NCBI GenBank assembly: GCA_963797265.1
Contig: CAWCOY010000005.1
Span: 111,544 to 175,543 of the forward strand
Reading direction: 5' to 3'
Length of the DNA stretch: 64,000 nt
Source: an uncultured Solirubrobacterales bacterium
GTDB taxonomy: Bacteria; Actinomycetota; Thermoleophilia; Solirubrobacterales; 70-9
How positions within the stretch are numbered: the stretch's first letter is position 1; each line of letters starts with the position of its first letter. The notes beneath the pieces were generated by a model. That model made no database searches. It had not been told where the DNA came from and saw only the letters and a program-made list of their open reading frames with translations. Of this stretch, positions 58,378-64,000 are shown one piece after another. Position numbers and translations under genes: made by a program.

Positions 58378-58650
58378 TCAACCGGTGGCGAGCACCGCGC
58401 CGATCACACCGATCAACGCCAGGATCACGCCGACGAGAGCGATCATGAGACCGCCGCCGAAGCGGAAGATCACGTCGCGCAGCTCGCGAATATCCGGGCC
58501 AACGCTGGCGAACTCCGAGTCAACGTGGGCAAATCCCGAATCCACGCCGTTTTCCAAGTGCTCGAAGCGTGCATCCATTCGCTCGAAGCCCGCATCGACC
58601 TTCTGGGCCAGCAGGTTGAGCGGCTCACCGGTGGACGCTGCGTGTTCCAT
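58378..58650 (-). CDS. hypothetical tail-anchored membrane protein with short internal D-x-(G/R)-F repeats
   Basis: 90 aa. VDAGFERMDARFEHLENGVDSGFAHVDSEF, then the C-terminal TM helix LMIALVGVILALIGVIGAVL. Confidence 0.5.
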   Translation of the reverse strand: MEHAASTGEPLNLLAQKVDAGFERMDARFEHLENGVDSGFAHVDSEFASVGPDIRELRDVIFRFGGGLMIALVGVILALIGVIGAVLATG

Positions 58651-58720
58651 GGTGGCCAGATTGGTGCCGGGAAGCTGAACTTCGCCCCAGGCTTGAGGTT
58701 GCGGCCTAGACTCAGCTCCG

Positions 58721-58791
58721 ATCCCGGGTGGTGTAGCGCTAGCACTCCAGGTTTTGGTCCTGGCAGCCGAGGTTGGAATCCTCGCCCGGGA
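58721..58791 (+). tRNA. tRNA-Gln (anticodon TTG), no encoded CCA, unusual C19:G56
   Basis: Manual cloverleaf. Acceptor TCCCGGG/CCCGGGA (U1:A72, discriminator G73). D arm GTGT-AGCGCTA-GCAC. Anticodon arm CCAGG-TTTTGGT-CCTGG. Variable loop CAGC. T arm CGAGG-TTGGAAT-CCTCG. Confidence 0.8.
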
Positions 58792-58795
58792 GCTC

Positions 58796-58823
58796 CAGAA
58801 GGGCGCGCCGCGGCGCGCCCTTC
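58796..58823. terminator. perfect GC-rich palindrome AGAAGGGCGCGCC-GC-GGCGCGCCCTTCT immediately after the tRNA
   Basis: 13-nt perfect arms, giving an effective ~11-bp stem. Followed by CGTCTCTCGT, a weak U-tract. Confidence 0.5.
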
Positions 58824-58957
58824 TCGTCTCTCGTATCGACTGTCCTGCTTAAGGCGGCTCCTGGCCGCCAAATCCAGGACAGTCCAGAGGACCACGTGGC
58901 AGGAATCGTCCGATATTGGTCATTGCGGACAGATCCCGGTAGCGCCATGATGCCCGC

Positions 58958-59959
58958 ATGGCCTCGACGAGCAAGCCCCGCCGCGTCGTCATCCTCGCCT
59001 TCCCGGGGGTCCAGCCGCTCGACGTGATCGGCCCGACCGAGGTGTTCACGGGAGCCGACGGGCTCGCGGGCGGCGGTGCTTACGAGGTGGAGCTGGTGGC
59101 TCAGCGGGCGGACCCGATCACTGCGCGCACCGGCGCCTACGGAATCGTTCCGAAGACGACGACTGCTCGCTGCCGTGGGCCGATCGACACCCTCATCGTG
59201 GGCGGCGGCTTCGGCGTTGACAAGGCCGCCGATGACCTTGGGGTGATCCGCTGGATCCGGAGCGCGGCGCGCCGCTCGCGCCGCGTGTGCTCGGTCTGCA
59301 CGGGCAGCTTCCTGCTGGCGCGGGCGGGGCTCCTCGAAGGGCGCACCGTCACCACCCACTGGTCGGGGACTGCCGAGCTCGCCAAACGGCACCCCGAGCT
59401 CACCGTCGACCCCAACCCGATCTTCGTCCGCGACGGAAACGTCTGGACCTCCGCCGGCGTCACCTCCGGCATGGACCTCTCCCTCGCCCTGGTGGAGGAG
59501 GACCTGGGGCGAGACGTGGCGGCCGAGGTGGCCCGCTGGCTCGTCCTCTTCCTGCAGCGACCCGGCGGCCAAGCCCAGTTCAGCTCCCACCTCTCCGCCC
59601 AGCTCGCCGAGCGCCGCCCCCTTCGCGAGCTCCAGTCCTGGATCGCCGACAACCTCGAAGCCGACCTTCGCGTCGAGGTCCTCGCCGGCCGCGCGGCGAT
59701 GAGCCCCCGCAACTTCGCCCGCTTCTTCCGCCGCGAGATCGGCCTCACCCCGGCGGCCTACGTGGAGGAGCTCCGCGTCGAGCGAGCCCGACAGTTGCTC
59801 GAGGAGAGCGCCGACCCGATCGAGCTGGTATCGGCGCGCTGCGGCTTCGGCACTCCCGAGACCATGCGCCGGGCCTTCGGGCGGCGCATGGGCGTGGCCC
59901 CGGCCGACTACCGCGCCCGCTTCAGGCGGCCCGAGCCAGCGGCCGCTGTTCCCAACTAA
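58958..59959 (+). CDS. GlxA-family transcriptional regulator (DJ-1/PfpI-like domain + AraC-type HTH)
   Basis: N-terminal RRVVILAFPGVQPLDVIGPTEVF...VCSVCTGSFLLA. The C-terminus has tandem AraC HTH (MSPRNFARFFRREIGLTPAAYVEELR...). Confidence 0.9.
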   Translation: MASTSKPRRVVILAFPGVQPLDVIGPTEVFTGADGLAGGGAYEVELVAQRADPITARTGAYGIVPKTTTARCRGPIDTLIVGGGFGVDKAADDLGVIRWIRSAARRSRRVCSVCTGSFLLARAGLLEGRTVTTHWSGTAELAKRHPELTVDPNPIFVRDGNVWTSAGVTSGMDLSLALVEEDLGRDVAAEVARWLVLFLQRPGGQAQFSSHLSAQLAERRPLRELQSWIADNLEADLRVEVLAGRAAMSPRNFARFFRREIGLTPAAYVEELRVERARQLLEESADPIELVSARCGFGTPETMRRAFGRRMGVAPADYRARFRRPEPAAAVPN

Positions 59960-59972
59960 AGGAGACACCCCC

Positions 59973-60644
59973 GTGCAGATCGCCTACCTGCTCTACGACC
60001 GCTTTACCGCTCTGGACATCGTCGGGCCCCACGACGTCCTCAACTCCGTCCCGGGCAACGAGTCGATCTTCGTCGCCGAGGAGCGGGGACCGGTCCGCAA
60101 CGAGTCGGACACCCTCTCCCTGGTCGCCGACGCCACGATCGACGAGGTGAGGAGCCCGGACATAGTCGTCGTACCCGGCGGCTACGGCAATCGCGTCCTC
60201 CTGGAGCACGAGCCACTTCACGAATGGATCAGGGCCGTGCACGAGAACACCACCTGGACAACCTCCGTCTGCACCGGCTCGCTGCTGCTGGCCGCCGCCG
60301 GGCTGCTCGAAGGCGTCCCCGCCACCAGCCACTGGCTCGCCCGCGGCATGCTCGCCGAGTTCGGCGCCCAGCCGGTCCCCGAGCGCGTGGTCCAGCACGG
60401 CAGGATCGTCACGGCGGCCGGGGTCTCATCCGGAATCGACATGGCCCTCTGGCTGGTGCAGCAGATCAACGGCGACGAGGTCGCACAGGCCGTCCAGCTC
60501 GGGATCGAGTACGACCCCGAACCGCCGCTGGACGCCGGCTCGCCGGAGAAGGCTCCGCAGCCGATCGTCGAGCTGGTCACCGCCGCCTTCGCGGCCCAAG
60601 ACGACACGGTCACGTCCCGGACGGGAGCGGACCCGACTCGGTAG
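59973..60644 (+). CDS. DJ-1/PfpI family protein
   Basis: IAYLLYDRFTALDIVGP...VVVPGG...SVCTGSLLLAAAGLL. GTG start 13 nt after the GlxA stop. Confidence 0.85.
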   Translation: MQIAYLLYDRFTALDIVGPHDVLNSVPGNESIFVAEERGPVRNESDTLSLVADATIDEVRSPDIVVVPGGYGNRVLLEHEPLHEWIRAVHENTTWTTSVCTGSLLLAAAGLLEGVPATSHWLARGMLAEFGAQPVPERVVQHGRIVTAAGVSSGIDMALWLVQQINGDEVAQAVQLGIEYDPEPPLDAGSPEKAPQPIVELVTAAFAAQDDTVTSRTGADPTR

Positions 60645-60706
60645 CGCGGGCGGCCCGGCGCACCCGGTCGCCCGCACGGCCCCCCGGCCCGGATTACTCT
60701 TTCCGG

Positions 60707-62101
60707 GTGAGCGCTCCCACTGCCCTGATCATGGCTGCCGGCCAGGGCACCCGCATGCGGTCTGCTCTGCCGAAGGTCCTCCATGAGATTTGCGGGCGCC
60801 CGATGGTGGCCTGGCCGATCCTCGCCGCGAAGGCGGCCGGGGCGGACCGGGTCTGCGTGATCGTCTCGCCGGACCGCGATCTCTCAGCCGCCCTGCCCAA
60901 CGGCACCGAGACGATCGTCCAGCCCGAGGCTGACGGCACGGGCGGCGCCCTGCGCGCGGCGGCCGACGTGGTCCGCGCCTCGGACACGATCCTGATCCTC
61001 TCGGGAGACCACCCGCTGGTCTCGGCCGAGATCATCGACGAGCTGATCGCGGCGCACCGCGACGCGGACGCGGCGGCCACCGTGATGACGACCGAGATGG
61101 ACGACCCGGGCTCCTACGGCCGGATCGTGCGGGGGTCGAACGGCGACATCGAGCGGATCGTCGAGGCAAAGTCGCCGGGCGACGCCGCGCCGGAGGAGCT
61201 CGCGATCAGGGAGGTGAACGCCGGGACCTACGCGTTCACCGGCGCCAGCCTCGCCGACGCCCTCGACCGGCTTACTAACGACAACGCCCAGGGCGAGTAC
61301 TACCTCGGCGACGTGCTCCCCGTGCTGCGCGAGTCCGGTCTCCGCGTCGCCGCGTACAGCGCCCCGGATCCCGGAGTGAACCTCGGCATCAACGACCGCG
61401 CCGACCTGGCCCGAGTGGCGGACGAGGCGCGTCGCCGGATCCTGATCGCCCACATGCGCTCCGGCGTCACCATCGAAGATCCCGGCGCGACCTGGATCGA
61501 CGCCGACGTCGAGATCGCGATCGACGCCACGATCCTCCCCGGATCAACCCTGCGCGGCCGCTCCAGCATCGGCGCCGGCAGCACGATCGGCCCGATGACG
61601 ACCCTGGTCGACTCCCGCGTCGGCGAGCGCGCCACCGTGATCCACTCCTACCTGACCGGCTGCGAGGTTGCGAACGAGGCGACGGTCGGGCCCTTCGCCC
61701 ACCTGCGGCCCGACGCCCGGATCGGCGAGGGCGCCAAGGCCGGCAGCTTCGTCGAGGTCAAGAACTCGGAGATCGGCGCCGGCGCCAAGGTCCCGCACCT
61801 CTCCTATATCGGCGACGCGGAGGTGGGGGAGGGAGCGAACCTCGGCGCCTCCACCGTCACCGCGAACTACGACGGCAGGAACAAAAATCGCACCAAGATC
61901 GGGAAGAACGTTCAGACCGGGGTTGACACGACCTTCGTCGCGCCCGTAGAAGTCGGCGACGACGCATACACTGGGGCCGGTTCGGTGATCACCGATGACG
62001 TTCCGCCCGGGGCACTGGGCATCTCGAGGGCGGAGCAGAAGAACGTAGAGGGCTACGCGGTCAAGAAGTCGAAGGAATCGAGCGAGGGCAAGGACTCTTG
62101 A
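60707..62101 (+). CDS. glmU: bifunctional UDP-N-acetylglucosamine diphosphorylase / glucosamine-1-phosphate N-acetyltransferase
   Basis: LIMAAGQGTRMRSALPKVLH N-terminus and left-handed beta-helix hexapeptide repeats in the C-terminal third. GTG 60707 gives the canonical N-terminus. Confidence 0.95.
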   Translation: MSAPTALIMAAGQGTRMRSALPKVLHEICGRPMVAWPILAAKAAGADRVCVIVSPDRDLSAALPNGTETIVQPEADGTGGALRAAADVVRASDTILILSGDHPLVSAEIIDELIAAHRDADAAATVMTTEMDDPGSYGRIVRGSNGDIERIVEAKSPGDAAPEELAIREVNAGTYAFTGASLADALDRLTNDNAQGEYYLGDVLPVLRESGLRVAAYSAPDPGVNLGINDRADLARVADEARRRILIAHMRSGVTIEDPGATWIDADVEIAIDATILPGSTLRGRSSIGAGSTIGPMTTLVDSRVGERATVIHSYLTGCEVANEATVGPFAHLRPDARIGEGAKAGSFVEVKNSEIGAGAKVPHLSYIGDAEVGEGANLGASTVTANYDGRNKNRTKIGKNVQTGVDTTFVAPVEVGDDAYTGAGSVITDDVPPGALGISRAEQKNVEGYAVKKSKESSEGKDS

Positions 62102-63126
62102 GCACGATCGAGCAGACTCAGCCGGTCACCGAGATCGTTCAGGACTACCGCAAGCGGCTGATGGTGTTCGGCGGGCGGGCGTCGGGCGAACTGGCCGCCC
62201 ACATCGGCCGCAACCTCCAGGTCGAGCTCGGCGAGGTCACGCTGAAGACTTTCTCCAACGGCGAGGTCTACTGCCGCTACGAGGAGTCGATCCGCGGCGC
62301 CGACGTCTTCATCGTCCAGTCGACCGCCGCCAACGAGCACGAGCACATGACGCCCAACGACGCGCTCATGGAGCTGCTCGCGATGATCGACGCAGCGCAG
62401 GGCGCCTCCGCGCACCGGATCATCGCTGTCATGCCCTGGTACGGCTACGCGCGCCAGGACAAGAAGTCCGCGCCGCGCGAGCCGATCTCGGCTCGGATCG
62501 TCGCCAAGTGTCTGGAGAGCGTCGGCGTCGACCGCGTCCTGACCATGGACCTACATGCCGGCCAGGTGCAGGGCTTCTTCAACGTCCCGCTCGACCACAT
62601 GACCGCGATGCCGATGCTGACCCAGTGGATCGCCGACCTGCAGGTCGACGAGGAGCCGGTAATCGTCTCGCCCGACGCCGGCCGGGTGAAGACGGCGCGC
62701 AACTTCGCCCGCAAGATCGGCACGACCTGGGCCGTGATGGAGAAGGAGCGCCCCGCCCAGCAGGTTGCCGAGATCGGGTACGTCGTCGGCGACGTGAAGG
62801 GCAAGACCGCGATCCTCGTGGACGACATGATCGACACGGCTGGGACCCTGACCGCCGCGGCCCGCACAGTGCTCGAAGAGGGCGCCGCGCGGGTGATCGC
62901 GGTCGCCACGCACGGCGTATTCTCCGGCCCAGCCTACGAGCGGCTGGCCCAGGAGAACTCCGGACTGGAGCGGATCGTCGTCACCGACACGCTCCCGCAG
63001 CGCCCTGGCGCCCCTGACAACATCACAGTGATCTCGGCTGCCCAGACGCTGGCTGACTCCATCAGGCGCATCTTCACGGACGACTCGGTCTCCGAGATCT
63101 TCGCCGGCGAGAACCAGCTCTTCTAG
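62098..63126 (+). CDS. prs: ribose-phosphate diphosphokinase
   Basis: FSNGEVY, YGYARQDKK and ILVDDMIDTAGT motifs. TTG start overlaps the glmU stop. Confidence 0.95.
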   Translation: MSTIEQTQPVTEIVQDYRKRLMVFGGRASGELAAHIGRNLQVELGEVTLKTFSNGEVYCRYEESIRGADVFIVQSTAANEHEHMTPNDALMELLAMIDAAQGASAHRIIAVMPWYGYARQDKKSAPREPISARIVAKCLESVGVDRVLTMDLHAGQVQGFFNVPLDHMTAMPMLTQWIADLQVDEEPVIVSPDAGRVKTARNFARKIGTTWAVMEKERPAQQVAEIGYVVGDVKGKTAILVDDMIDTAGTLTAAARTVLEEGAARVIAVATHGVFSGPAYERLAQENSGLERIVVTDTLPQRPGAPDNITVISAAQTLADSIRRIFTDDSVSEIFAGENQLF

Positions 63127-63173
63127 TCCCTACCGCATTCCAGAGCGTTTGCGGCCGATTTGCCAACCAGGTG

Positions 63174-63655
63174 CTAACGGGCGAGCAGCGCCGCCACACG
63201 CTCGGCCGCGATTTCGTCCGACTGCGGCAGCAGGTGGCCGTAGGTCCCGAGCACCGTCGCCGGAGTACCGCCGAGTCTCGCCGCCACGATGTGTACCGGG
63301 ACGCCTGACGTCAGCGCCAGCGTCGCGGCCGTGTGACGGAGGATATGAAGGGTGCCAGCGGGGACCCCGGCCGCCTTGCGATGGCGGCGGAACCATTCGG
63401 TCAGCCGCTGAGGATGGACCGGCTTGCCGAGCTCGTCCGCAAAGACGAGGTCGCGGTCCGCGTAGGCGTCGCCGGCAAAGTCTCGCCCGAGCAGCTGGGC
63501 GGTTGCGATGCTGGCGCAGCGCGTCCGCGGTCTCGGCGTCGAGCGCGATCGTGCGTCGACTGCGAGACGACTTGGGCGGGCCGAAGGTGACGCCGCCGCG
63601 GCCGATCTCCGATAGGACGAGCTGGACCCGCCGATTGTCGGGCTGGTGAGGACAC
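63174..63655 (-). pseudogene. N-terminally truncated, frameshifted tyrosine recombinase (phage-type integrase) remnant
   Basis: The C-terminal catalytic region is intact in one frame (LHILRHTAATLALTSGVPVHIVAARLGG...VLGTYGHLL). The upstream part continues in another frame (VTFGPPKSSRSRRTIALDAETADALRQHR), with the shift near 63485-63512. A TAG at 63664-63666 bounds the homology, and no N-terminal SAM-like or arm-binding domain is present. Confidence 0.75.
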
Positions 63656-64000
63656 TCAACGAGCTACCGGGCATCGAGACAAGTACTTCGTGCGGTGGCC
63701 ATAGAGCCGGTAAGCGCGGGCTCTCTGCCCCCCGACAGGTGGATGGTTGGCTTCGACCTCGAGCCTTGGGATCCCGGGGCGCTTGTGGTGGTGCCCACAC
63801 GTGAAGCATGGGTGTCTCTCGAATGGCTGAGCTGGTTGATCAACGACGAGACCGACTACACCACCGAGCCCTGGCGCATGGATGTGCCGGTGAACCGGCC
63901 ATACCGCCCTGGAGTAACCCTGCGACCGTGGTCCCGTCTTGCCTTATCTCTACTACCCGGGACGAAGCCTGCACTTCGTGATCGAGGGGGTACGGCGCGA

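Noticed and set aside
58683-58720. Sigma-70-like promoter for the tRNA (TTGAGG ... TAGACT)
   Set aside because: The spacing between the two hexamers is only 8 nt, which is incompatible with a -35/-10 pair.
58838-58882. Two-tier inverted repeat ACTGTCCTG...GGCGGC-TCCTG-GCCGCC...CAGGACAGT downstream of the tRNA, considered as an att site or GlxA operator
   Set aside because: No second copy of the sequence is in the window, no integrase is nearby, and the following genes (GlxA, DJ-1, glmU) look native. The evidence is insufficient for either interpretation.
60224-60706. N-terminal 161-codon extension of the glmU ORF overlapping the DJ-1/PfpI gene
   Set aside because: The extension is low-complexity Arg-rich sequence. 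GTG 60707 yields the canonical GlmU N-terminus (ALIMAAGQGTRM).

Overview
Very GC-rich, densely coding chromosomal segment of actinobacterial type; the taxon cannot be fixed from sequence alone. Most of it is housekeeping. On the minus strand there is a non-haem, CCG-domain succinate dehydrogenase/fumarate reductase (sdhA, sdhB, HdrB-like subunit). icd and mdh are separated by an inserted AbiEi/DUF559 gene. An Hsp20-Lon operon faces a second, convergent Lon paralog. glyQS is present, followed by a conserved block in the order rsmI ... metG ... tatD-rsmA-ispE ... tRNA-Gln ... glmU-prs. Between these lie many small regulator-plus-enzyme modules: LysR/DJ-1/VOC/ABM, TetR/acyl-CoA dehydrogenase, TetR/double-hotdog thioesterase, TetR/R2-like-SCP2 oxidase, and GlxA/DJ-1. 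A class III cyclase-STAND-TPR protein sits next to a stand-alone cNMP-binding protein. I saw no rRNA, CRISPR array or intact mobile element. Signs of decay or mobility are a frameshifted AidB-like gene, an MFS/SGNH gene-remnant junction, and a truncated, frameshifted integrase directly after prs. The features not explained by ordinary gene calls are four. (1) An unclassified 40-125 nt interspersed repeat family has five copies, and every copy can be assigned the same orientation relative to a flanking transcript. One pair of these copies brackets a 1.2-kb two-gene segment, and another copy sits inside a 116-nt long-range hairpin. (2) A ~40-nt palindromic repeat with a CCTCC loop has four copies, two of which bracket the DUF559 gene. 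(3) The tRNA-Gln(UUG) has its G19:C56 elbow pair swapped to C19:G56. (4) Perfect palindromic operators lie in two TetR divergent or adjacent promoters. All calls come from reading the sequence and the ORF translations, with no database search. Start codons are best guesses.
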